From the NCBI GenBank assembly GCA_964434285.1, contig CAYSUJ010000001.1, positions 168,703 through 232,702 on the forward strand: a stretch of 64,000 nucleotides of DNA, given 5' to 3'. This DNA comes from an uncultured Candidatus Saccharibacteria bacterium (GTDB lineage Bacteria; Patescibacteriota; Minisyncoccia; Phycocordibacterales; UBA2100). The notes under the pieces were generated by a model. It saw only the letters and a program-made list of their open reading frames with translations, was not told the DNA's origin and made no database searches. A program made the translations under genes and the position numbers. This document shows, one piece after another, positions 35,649 through 44,249 of this stretch. Every line of letters begins with the position of its first letter. The stretch's first letter is position 1.

Positions 35649-37061
35649 TTATCGGAATTTTGTCTCGCGCTTGTGAGCCCTCCATTCGCGTGCGTGTTCG
35701 TCATGTTGGGCGGTGATATCGGACACAATCTTCAATTCACTCGCGTAGCTCGCCTTGAGGTTCCGAAATTCCGGATCCTTAAAAAGTTCTGGTTCGTTCG
35801 TAACCGCGTATACTGGGTCTATATGCCTCAACTTCACAGAAACTTCTTCGCCGATTGTCGCATCCTCTACAACACCGAGTTTGCGCATCAACTCTCTATT
35901 CCCCGCAGTGACTGACAACCTGAACTCGCGTTCGTTCAATTGATGTTTCAGATCGTTTCGGAGTATCTTTTTTCTCGACAATGCGGCATACGTACGCAAG
36001 TTATTCGTTCGGAGATACTGACGCATAAATTTCGGAAACATCGAGAGGAGCGGCGGGATCTCGGTCGGAGGCTTCACCCGACTGCTTGAAAATAACGTGT
36101 CGTACCATAGCTTCTCGAATTCCTGCGTCTGTTCGGTATGGAAATCGACTGGTTTCTGACCCCAATCAAGCATTTCCTCTGAGAACGCAATACTCATGCG
36201 GGCACAGAGCTCACGCAGCAACTCCTCCGGCGCGGCTCGTACATCAGTCGTATCGAACACGATATGTGATTTGCCTGTTGATTCAAGATACGCTACTTCC
36301 TCTGCAAGTTTCTTGAACTCCTCCTTCTCAAAATTCATCCGGCGCGGATTTGCTTTCAACACGCCCTCAAAAAACGCATAATCGCGCTCGGCGTACAATT
36401 TTCTGTCGACAAGATCCCGCCAGTTTATATATCCGTTCCTGCGAGCCATGAAGTCCAATAATTCGTTCTGTACAGTCATGACGGGTGTATCTTGTAGACG
36501 TTCAAGATTCTCTCCGTTGTGCAGAAAGTCGAGCGGTTCGGTGTAAGTCCCGCTCTGCACAGCGTCCGAGAACGCTACCCAGTTTGAAAAACCTTTCTCA
36601 GCCGCAGCATAATCGAGTAAATATCGCTGGAGATCGATGCTTGAGCGCATGTCAATCGTCGTCAACACGCGCCGTATCCGAGACTCGACGGACAATAGCG
36701 GGTTGCGTATCAGCACGACCACGGGATTGTGCGTGAGTTCGATTAACCGCACGTATTCTTTGTTCTTTCCGATCCAATGAGACATCTCCTTCACGGCTAC
36801 ACTTGTCCTTTCTCCGGACTGCTCGAATTGTTCTCCGCCGATTGATTCGTAAATTTGCTTATAGCCGTGATCGGGATCGAAATCGTCCCGCCGCGCGCCA
36901 AGAAACGGCTCGTGGCATTCATGTTGTATATCGGACGAATTGCCGACGACGTGCTCAATGAGGGAAGAATTTGTCCTGGGCGGCGCAATGATAATATGTA
37001 TCGAAAGCCGCCCGTCGCTAACGAGTTTCTGCAACTTTTCGTAGTATGAACCATTGCTCAT
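35649..37061 (-). CDS. P-loop sulfotransferase-like protein with insertion
   Basis: APPRTNSS, HEPF, VKEMSH, LIRNP...S, DVRAAPE..LRELC....AF.EEMLDW, WYDTLFSS. Confidence 0.7.
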   Translation of the reverse strand: MSNGSYYEKLQKLVSDGRLSIHIIIAPPRTNSSLIEHVVGNSSDIQHECHEPFLGARRDDFDPDHGYKQIYESIGGEQFEQSGERTSVAVKEMSHWIGKNKEYVRLIELTHNPVVVLIRNPLLSVESRIRRVLTTIDMRSSIDLQRYLLDYAAAEKGFSNWVAFSDAVQSGTYTEPLDFLHNGENLERLQDTPVMTVQNELLDFMARRNGYINWRDLVDRKLYAERDYAFFEGVLKANPRRMNFEKEEFKKLAEEVAYLESTGKSHIVFDTTDVRAAPEELLRELCARMSIAFSEEMLDWGQKPVDFHTEQTQEFEKLWYDTLFSSSRVKPPTEIPPLLSMFPKFMRQYLRTNNLRTYAALSRKKILRNDLKHQLNEREFRLSVTAGNRELMRKLGVVEDATIGEEVSVKLRHIDPVYAVTNEPELFKDPEFRNLKASYASELKIVSDITAQHDEHAREWRAHKRETKFR

Positions 37062-37150
37062 GAGAAGAATGATAGCCGAGTTATCTGCATCCTCAAAGCC
37101 GTGAAAAACGTGGTTGAAAGCGGGTAATGCTCTCAACCACGAATTGCCGT

Positions 37151-37738
37151 TCAAAGAGCTGCTTCGATAATCCGCAGAGCGTTATCGAGTTTCGCCGCCC
37201 GATTCCTTCCGGTGACGATTCGAATGGGCAGGCCGTCTCGAATAAAACCAGCTATCTGTTTCTCCCAGTTCCGAGCCTCGCGGATACGTCTTGTGATCTC
37301 TCGCGCAGAAGATCCTCGTACAGTAAGACGTCTCCGAATCTCAGGTTCGGGAGGTGGCGCGATATGCAAGAACGCTCCCCGATTGCCGAGACGTTCCCAC
37401 CAGCGAGGAATATTGCCAGGCGTGATGGGTCGGATGGATAGAGATTTGCGCTCCAGCGATGCTTTTATACTCGCTTCGCGCATGCCGTAATAGTTGCGGG
37501 AGAACTTCGTGTACACGAAGAACTCTCCACGGGCTACCGCGGCTTCGAACTCGCCCTTCGAGATATACTCATACTCGCCGGAAAAATCTTCGTCACGAGG
37601 TCTCCTCGTCGTTGTCGATGTCATGAACATCGATCTAGGCATCGAGCGTAGCAGACCTTCTGTCAACGTACTCTTCCCCACCCCAGAGGCCCCAGTAATG
37701 AGAACGATCCGTAGATTACGTCTGTGGGTCTTGTTCAC
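37151..37738 (-). CDS. guanylate kinase-like protein
   Basis: GASGVGKST, STTTRRPR, EYEYIS, NYYG, RRLTVRG. Confidence 0.85.
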   Translation of the reverse strand: MNKTHRRNLRIVLITGASGVGKSTLTEGLLRSMPRSMFMTSTTTRRPRDEDFSGEYEYISKGEFEAAVARGEFFVYTKFSRNYYGMREASIKASLERKSLSIRPITPGNIPRWWERLGNRGAFLHIAPPPEPEIRRRLTVRGSSAREITRRIREARNWEKQIAGFIRDGLPIRIVTGRNRAAKLDNALRIIEAAL

Positions 37739-38008
37739 ATCAACCTCCTATTTTCACCACGACTGCATACACCCTAGCGTAACTGACATCTGAGTGCAAC
37801 GAAGATAACGTTCCCAGTCGACAGCTTAAAAACGCGAGAGTCGTGTCGCATTTGTCGTATTTACATTTTGACCCAAAGCGACCCGTCCGCGTCAGAACCT
37901 ATCACCAAGAAACCTTTGGATTGCTTCACATCGACGGTGTGTGGACCTATACTGGGAGCATAGATACATACAGCAGACTTGCGCCATGTTAAGGTGTGAG
38001 TTCGGGAT

Positions 38009-38473
38009 ATGAAAAGCTACACACATACGCAGATTGGTTATTTGATGATTTGCGTCACACTTCTGGTGCTCACACTCTTCGTGTGGGTGCAGATGACGGC
38101 GCGCGCCGAACCCCCTTCCCCCGATTCCGGAACGAATCTTTTGGTGACTGCTGTGATGGCATTGATACTCGTCGTCCTCGGGTCACTCTCGACACTGACC
38201 ATCTCTCTTGACGAACAGTCTCTCCGTATTCGTTTCGGTTGGGGCATTTTCCACAAACGGTTTCCCCTCTCCGACATCGCAACATTTCAAAAGACCAAAA
38301 ATCATTGGTATTACGGTTGGGGAATCCGATTCTGGCTCTGGCCCAAGATGTGGATTTTCAACGTTTCTGGTTTTGACGCAGTGGAGCTCACTATGAAAAA
38401 TGGAGACGTATATCGCATCGGCACCGATGAGCCTGACGCACTTCTCGGTGCGCTTACCCGAGCGACACACTAG
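38009..38473 (+). CDS. membrane protein with PH-like C-terminal domain
   Basis: 2 TM, YGWGIR, IGTDEP. Confidence 0.75.
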   Translation: MKSYTHTQIGYLMICVTLLVLTLFVWVQMTARAEPPSPDSGTNLLVTAVMALILVVLGSLSTLTISLDEQSLRIRFGWGIFHKRFPLSDIATFQKTKNHWYYGWGIRFWLWPKMWIFNVSGFDAVELTMKNGDVYRIGTDEPDALLGALTRATH

Positions 38474-38649
38474 CACTCAGACCACTACTCCCTCATCTCT
38501 TTCAGTTTCGAGAAGGCACAATTATTTCCCTTTGGGCCTCGGGTACGCAAAGGAGGTATTAATTGTGCCTGTCCCCTTTATTATCCTGGAAAGACTATTG
38601 AGTCGTGACAAGGTGTAGTATTGTTTCTTCTGCCGACTGAGTGTTTTCA

Positions 38650-39213
38650 ATGAAAAAAATGAAAAAGCTTTCCATCATTGGTGTCGTCGTCTTGATTTTT
38701 AGTGGCGGTTGGTACCTTTTCACAGACAGTAACTCGACGCAAAAAGTACAAGAGGGTGGCTCAAATCCTCTCAACACGACATATGTGATTGATGGCAGAC
38801 CATATGCTCTGAAAGATGGTCTTTCTGAAGAAGCAATTCCGGCCTCAACTTCAAAAGTGGTAACGAGGTATTTTGGTAACGAGGTACGAACAGACTTAAA
38901 TGACGATGGACGAGAAGATGCGCTATTTCTCATCACACAAGAAACGGGAGGCACGGGAATTTTTTTCTATGTTGTTGCAGCGCTCAATACAGAGGATGGA
39001 TGGCGAGGTTCGCACGGACTTTTCCTGGGAGACCGTATAGCCCCACAAACAACAGCGCTGAGTCTCGATCCTTCTCACAAAAATATCATCGTGGTGAATT
39101 ACGCCGACAGAAATCCTGATGAACCAATGTCTGCACAACCTTCGATTGGCAAAAGTATGTGGCTTGAACTTGATCTTGAAACCCTGCAGTTTGGAGAAGT
39201 GGTCCGAAATTGA
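38650..39213 (+). CDS. secreted/anchored hypothetical protein
   Basis: N-terminal TM; DLNDDGRED, GGTG.FFY, LGDRI. Confidence 0.75.
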   Translation: MKKMKKLSIIGVVVLIFSGGWYLFTDSNSTQKVQEGGSNPLNTTYVIDGRPYALKDGLSEEAIPASTSKVVTRYFGNEVRTDLNDDGREDALFLITQETGGTGIFFYVVAALNTEDGWRGSHGLFLGDRIAPQTTALSLDPSHKNIIVVNYADRNPDEPMSAQPSIGKSMWLELDLETLQFGEVVRN

Positions 39214-39306
39214 AAAGTCACTGACGAACATACGATGTCCGTCAGTGAGCTGAAAGGGGTTCGAGTTCGATCGTAGAAAGTTCATGAATTCAAAAGTATT
39301 TGATAG

Positions 39307-39327
39307 GTATACCCCAGGGGGGTATAC
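39307..39327 (+). promoter_or_regulatory. CsoR-type operator
   Basis: GTATACCCCAGGGGGGTATAC palindrome with C/G tracts over the csoR promoter. Confidence 0.85.
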
Positions 39328-39336
39328 TCATACTCT

Positions 39337-39612
39337 ATGAAATACATGGACGAAAATAATAAGGCGAAGGTTAACCGTCGCCTCAAGCTTTTGGAGGGTC
39401 AGGTTCGAGGTCTTCAAAAGATGGTTGAGAACGATGCCTACTGCATCGACGTTATTACCCAAACATCGGCAGTAAAGCAGGGCTTGTCTAATGTCGAGGA
39501 TATGCTTCTTGAAAACCACCTTGGACATTGCGTTTTTCATCAAGTCCAATCTGGCCAAACAAAGAAAGCCACGGAGGAAATTATCAAAGTTTACAAGCTA
39601 AAGCGGAAATAA
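39337..39612 (+). CDS. csoR: CsoR family metal-sensing repressor
   Basis: RRLKLLEGQVRGL.KM, YCIDV, LENHLGHC. Confidence 0.92.
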   Translation: MKYMDENNKAKVNRRLKLLEGQVRGLQKMVENDAYCIDVITQTSAVKQGLSNVEDMLLENHLGHCVFHQVQSGQTKKATEEIIKVYKLKRK

Positions 39613-39613
39613 T

Positions 39614-41908
39614 ATGCATACACAGACCTACAAAGTAAAAGGAATGCATTGCGCCTCCTGCTCATCGGTCATCGAGAAGACTTTTAAGAAAGTCACGGGG
39701 GTAGAATCAGCGGAAGTTAACTACGGCACAGAAAAGGCCAAGGTATCGTTTGATCCGTCAAAAACAAACCCGCACGATCTCTCGAAACATATTGAACCGC
39801 TCGGCTACTCTCTGGAAATTCCAATGAGTGCTGAAGAAATGGGTATGAGTGAAAGCGAGCATGCAGCTCACCTCGGGCTTAACCAATCAAAGAAGGAAAA
39901 GCTCGCAGAAGTTGCGGATATGAAGACAAAGGTGCTCTCGGCCATTCCCCTTGCCATCATTGCCGCTTTTATCATGGGCTGGGATATTCTTGCGGAATAC
40001 AAAGTCGTGGCAGAAATGGATTACGCGGTGACGGAATTTTTTCACCACTTACTTCCTATTTTCGCGACGTACATCCTTTTTGTAGTGGGCAAGCCCTATT
40101 TGCTCGGTTTTTATAGATTCCTTCGTTATGGCAAGGCAAACATGGACACGCTGATCGGAATCGGGACCGTTTCCGCTTTTCTCTACAGTTTTGCCGTCAG
40201 CGCTTTTGAAGAAGCGCTTCGGCCTTTTATAAATGTTGAGTATCAATACTACGACGTGACGATTGTAGTCATTACGTTTATTGCTCTCGGAAAGTATCTT
40301 GAAGCGCGTTCAAAAATAAAGACGGGCGATGCAATTGAGAAATTGCTCAATCTCCAAGCCAAGACCGCGCTTGTCATCCGTGACGGCAAAGAAGTCGAGA
40401 TTGAAGCTGTCGACGTTAAACATGGTGATGTGGTCATTATCAAACCCGGCGCAAAGATTCCGGTGGACGGCGTAATAACCGAGGGCGGTTCCTTTATCGA
40501 CGAGTCTATGGTCACCGGCGAGCCGATGCCGAGGCATATGAAGATCGGCGATTCTGTCGTCGCCGGAACAATCAACGGGAGCGGCTCGTTTACTTTCAAG
40601 GCTACAAAAGTCGGGTCGGAGACCTTGCTCGCCCAGATTATAAAAATGGTCGAGGTTGCCCAAGGAAGTAAGGCGCCGATTCAGGCATTGGCTGACAAAA
40701 TTTCTGCGGTTTTTGTGCCAATCGTTCTTGTCATTGCGTTCCTTACGCTAGGCACTTGGCTCATTGTCGGCTCACAGTATCTTGGCTTCTCACAAGCACT
40801 CTCTTTCGGCCTCGTCTCGTTTGTAGGCATCCTTGTTATCGCATGTCCGTGTGCTTTGGGGCTTGCCACACCGACCGCCATCATCGTTGGCGTGGGCAAG
40901 GGTGCGAAAGAAGGCATTCTCATCAAAGATGCGGCGACTCTTGAGAAGCTTCACAAGGTCAATACGGTAGTGGTTGATAAAACGGGAACAATCACTAAAG
41001 GTAAGCCGACTCTGGTGCATATTCAGAATCTTTCCGATCTAAATGATAACGAATTGGTGTCGGTTATTGCTTCGTTAGAAAAGAAGTCCGAGCATCCGAT
41101 TGCACATGCGATCGTAAGCTATGCAGAGGGGAAAAATATTGCGCTGTCAGAAATTTCGGAATTTGAAGGCATACAGGGCAAGGGATTAAAAGGTAGGTTC
41201 ATGGGAGTTGAATATTTTGTCGGTAACGCAAAACTCGTGAGCGACCTCAATCTTGCCTTTGACGCTGCACTACTGAACAAGTTTACCTCGGAGGGCAAGA
41301 CGCCAGTCATTCTCGCCACCAAAGATAAGGTACTCGGCTTTGTGATGGTGGCCGATGAGATAAAACAGGAGTCAAGGCAAGCTGTCGCTGATCTGTATAA
41401 GCTCGGAATCAAAGTGGTCATGCTTACCGGCGACGACGAAAAGGCCGCAAAATACATTGCCTCTCTGGTGGGAATTGGTGATGTTGTTGCTCATGTCTTA
41501 CCGCAAGACAAGCTCGAAAAAATACAGGCGATCCAGTCGCAAGGCGCAATTGTGGCCATGGCCGGCGACGGCGTGAATGACGCCCCAGCACTCGCCCAGG
41601 CGGATGTCGGTATCGCCATGGGAACCGGCACGGACGTGGCCATTGAGTCGGCTGGTATCACGCTTCTTGGTGGAGATATCTCAAAGTTGGTGAAGGCTAT
41701 CAGGCTGTCCAAAATCACCATGAGAGGCATCAAGCAAAACCTGTTCTGGGCATTTGTTTATAACATCGTAGGCATACCGCTTGCGGCAGGAGTCTTTTAT
41801 CCGCTTGGAGGATGGCTCTTAAATCCGGTCTTTGCCGGGTTCGCGATGGCTTTATCTAGCGTGTCAGTGGTGTCGAATTCACTGAGAATTAAAGCTAAAA
41901 AAATATAA
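39614..41908 (+). CDS. copA: Cu(+)-translocating P1B-type ATPase
   Basis: GMHCASC HMA, TGE, CPC, DKTGT, SEHP, GDGVNDAP, YN, MALSS. Confidence 0.95.
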   Translation: MHTQTYKVKGMHCASCSSVIEKTFKKVTGVESAEVNYGTEKAKVSFDPSKTNPHDLSKHIEPLGYSLEIPMSAEEMGMSESEHAAHLGLNQSKKEKLAEVADMKTKVLSAIPLAIIAAFIMGWDILAEYKVVAEMDYAVTEFFHHLLPIFATYILFVVGKPYLLGFYRFLRYGKANMDTLIGIGTVSAFLYSFAVSAFEEALRPFINVEYQYYDVTIVVITFIALGKYLEARSKIKTGDAIEKLLNLQAKTALVIRDGKEVEIEAVDVKHGDVVIIKPGAKIPVDGVITEGGSFIDESMVTGEPMPRHMKIGDSVVAGTINGSGSFTFKATKVGSETLLAQIIKMVEVAQGSKAPIQALADKISAVFVPIVLVIAFLTLGTWLIVGSQYLGFSQALSFGLVSFVGILVIACPCALGLATPTAIIVGVGKGAKEGILIKDAATLEKLHKVNTVVVDKTGTITKGKPTLVHIQNLSDLNDNELVSVIASLEKKSEHPIAHAIVSYAEGKNIALSEISEFEGIQGKGLKGRFMGVEYFVGNAKLVSDLNLAFDAALLNKFTSEGKTPVILATKDKVLGFVMVADEIKQESRQAVADLYKLGIKVVMLTGDDEKAAKYIASLVGIGDVVAHVLPQDKLEKIQAIQSQGAIVAMAGDGVNDAPALAQADVGIAMGTGTDVAIESAGITLLGGDISKLVKAIRLSKITMRGIKQNLFWAFVYNIVGIPLAAGVFYPLGGWLLNPVFAGFAMALSSVSVVSNSLRIKAKKI

Positions 41909-41910
41909 CT

Positions 41911-42981
41911 ATGAATACATATACATTCCACGTTTCCGGCACTCACTGCGCTTCATGCAAGATCTTCATTGAAGATACGTTGAACGAGCAGCTTGGTATC
42001 GAGCGTGCAAACGTCGATCTGAAGAACGAAACCGTATCGTTTGATACAACCCTTAAAGAAGACCAGCAACAACTTGCAGATATGCTCTCGGAAAAAATTA
42101 AACGCAACGGATACGCTCTTTCAGTCCCGCCTCCGCAGGGCTACGGACGGGCAAGCGAGAAAATGGTAAAACAGAAGGATGGTCAGGGGCTTATTTGGCA
42201 AGCACTGCCGATCGGACTTGGGTTTCTGATTCTGTTTTTCTTACTGCAAAAGTCCGGCATTCTTAATCTCGGACTCGGCGGGGAGATTTTGCCCGTCACC
42301 AGTTTTATTATCGGTCTCATTGCGTCAGTATCATCGTGTCTCGCAATAGTTGGCGGCTTGGTCTTATCGCTTTCGGCCAAAATATCGCAGGACAATATAA
42401 GCGACACCCGCCTTCGCGCGAGGCTACGGACGGGCGAGGCAAAAACGTTCACACTTTTCCATGTGGGCAGGCTTGCCAGCTTTGCGGTGTTGGGCGGCGT
42501 TTTGGGGGCAATCGGTAGCGCGATAGGTATTAATTTCACGTTTACGGCAATCTTGGGCATCCTGGCATCGGTGGTGATGTTACTCTTGGGACTGAACTTG
42601 GTCGGAATTTTTGAAAAAAATAAGATCGCTCTGCCCTCAGGAATTTTCAATTTTTTCCGTAGAATCGAGCATAAAACATTTACCCCACTTGTTCTCGGTT
42701 TTGCCACGTTTTTCCTGCCCTGTGGATTTACGCAATCGATGCAGGTTCAGGCATTAAGCAGCGGATCGTTCATGTCGGGACTTACTATCATGCTCGCATT
42801 TGCTTTGGGGACCTTACCGATGCTTCTACTTCTTTCTTTCGGCTCTGCATCGTTTGCTCACGGAAAGCACGCCCCACTATTCTTCAAATCTGCCGGAATA
42901 GTCGTCATCGGCCTCGGACTGTTCGCGCTTCTCGCAGGGCTTGCCGGACTTGGAATTATTCCTCCGCTATTTAATATCTAA
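41911..42981 (+). CDS. HMA + DsbD_2/TauE-like membrane protein
   Basis: GTHCASC, SSCLAIVGG, FHVGRL, FFLPCGFTQ, FALGTLP. Confidence 0.88.
   Translation: MNTYTFHVSGTHCASCKIFIEDTLNEQLGIERANVDLKNETVSFDTTLKEDQQQLADMLSEKIKRNGYALSVPPPQGYGRASEKMVKQKDGQGLIWQALPIGLGFLILFFLLQKSGILNLGLGGEILPVTSFIIGLIASVSSCLAIVGGLVLSLSAKISQDNISDTRLRARLRTGEAKTFTLFHVGRLASFAVLGGVLGAIGSAIGINFTFTAILGILASVVMLLLGLNLVGIFEKNKIALPSGIFNFFRRIEHKTFTPLVLGFATFFLPCGFTQSMQVQALSSGSFMSGLTIMLAFALGTLPMLLLLSFGSASFAHGKHAPLFFKSAGIVVIGLGLFALLAGLAGLGIIPPLFNI
42124..42156 (+). repeat. intragenic palindromic element, copy 1
   Basis: cccgcctccgcagggctacggacgggcaagc. Confidence 0.7.
42407..42440 (+). repeat. intragenic palindromic element, copy 2
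   Basis: cccgccttcgcgcgaggctacggacgggcgaggc; shares cccgcct and ggctacggacgggc with copy 1. Confidence 0.7.
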
Positions 42982-42993
42982 TGTACCTAATGT

Positions 42994-43389
42994 ATGTATA
43001 AAACCGCTTCAATAATCATAACGGTCGCGCTTGTGATTGGTGTCGGCATTGTGTTTTTGGGACAGTCACGAAATAACCCTGGCTCCAGCGGAACTGCATC
43101 GGTGCAAAACGTTGAAATACGAGACGGAGTTCAGTATGTCACCATCAATGCGCGGGGCGGCTACTCGCCCAAAGTGTCTACCGCACAAGCGAATATTCCG
43201 ACAAAATTAATCGTGAAAACAAACGGCACATACGACTGTTCCGCTTCATTGGTCATAAGGTCAATCGGTTATCAGAAAATCTTGCCTAATACCGGAGAAG
43301 AAATAATAGACCTAGGCACTCCGCAAGCCGGAACATTTCAGGGGCTTTGCAGCATGGGAATGTACAATTTCGCGCTTAATTTTAATTAA
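42994..43389 (+). CDS. cupredoxin-domain protein
   Basis: TM anchor, GGYSP, C, CSMGMY. Confidence 0.88.
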   Translation: MYKTASIIITVALVIGVGIVFLGQSRNNPGSSGTASVQNVEIRDGVQYVTINARGGYSPKVSTAQANIPTKLIVKTNGTYDCSASLVIRSIGYQKILPNTGEEIIDLGTPQAGTFQGLCSMGMYNFALNFN

Positions 43390-43589
43390 CGTGTTTTTTC
43401 GCTCTTTCCACACGTCGATGCATTGCTCAACAGAGCACGTATCGCATGCAATTCCCATAGCGCCCGCTTCCGGTCAGTAGCTCCCTGGCCAGACAGGCTG
43501 AACTCGCTCAATTTAAAGTGGAATCTGACTCCACTGTATTTTTTCGACTCATCAGAGAGAATACTGCAAAAATCTTCTCCTTTTTAAAA

Positions 43590-44200
43590 AAACGACCACC
43601 GGCCTAAAGGTCGGTGGCTTTGTGTTTGCCGGCAGGACGGCGATGGTCATCGAGAGGTTAGCCTGTCGAGGAGTGACGGCTGATCGACTTTTGCATGGTG
43701 ATGTTGGTGTCTGACATAGCGACGGATCAGGTGTTCGTCGAGACTGATGGTCGAGACGAAGTAGCCTCGTGCCCAGAGCGACTGTTTTTCGTAGAGACCG
43801 GATACGCGCTTGATCTTTTTCTTCATTCATGCGGACGACTTTCCTTTCAGTGTCTGCATGATGTAGGAAACGGAATCCTTGGGTGTGGCGAGAAGAACGA
43901 GATGGATGTGGTCCACCTGCATGTTGAACTCGATGATTTCCCAGTGTTTCCACTTCACAATATACTCGAACATTCTGCGGAGTTCGCGCTTCACGGTCTC
44001 GTCATTCAGTACCTCGCCACGGTACTTGGGCGTCCAGACTATGTAGTATTTAATATCGTAAAAACAGTGTGATAATGTACGGATCGTACGTTTGTGTTGC
44101 ATGCCGAACGTAATGGTTAGTTGCTAATCGCCGTCCTACCGGACGGCGTTAGCATACGCCCCTCCCTTCAAACGTACACTCCAGCTAAGGCCGGAGGTTT
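43590..44200 (-). mobile_element. IS200-like element (tnpA only)
   Basis: Flanking hairpins ccaccggcctaaaggtcggtgg and ctccagctaaggccggag enclose tnpA. Confidence 0.75.
43647..44102 (-). pseudogene. tnpA: IS200/IS605 Y1 transposase with internal TGA
   Basis: IVWTPKYR, DHIH (HUH), KGKSSA*MKKK...LWARGYF...IRRYV..Q all in one frame. Confidence 0.88.
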
Positions 44201-44249
44201 TTCTTTGTAATAAATGACCCTGGCCGAGGATGGCCAGGGTCGTTCTCCT

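Noticed and set aside
39255-39275. ggggttcgagttcga as attR copy of the tRNA-Asn 3' end
   Set aside because: Only GGTTCGAGT matches and the acceptor-side sequence is missing; the island's right boundary remains undefined.
21419-43400. Prophage
   Set aside because: No recognisable capsid, portal, large terminase, tail or lysis genes.
43478-43510. tagctccctggccaga as a tRNA fragment or att scar
   Set aside because: Too short, no T-loop, and no match to the tRNAs in the window.
43827-43829. TGA recoding (genetic code 4/25) suggested by the tnpA internal stop
   Set aside because: Many intact genes (frr, tspO, GH3) end in TGA and none needs readthrough.
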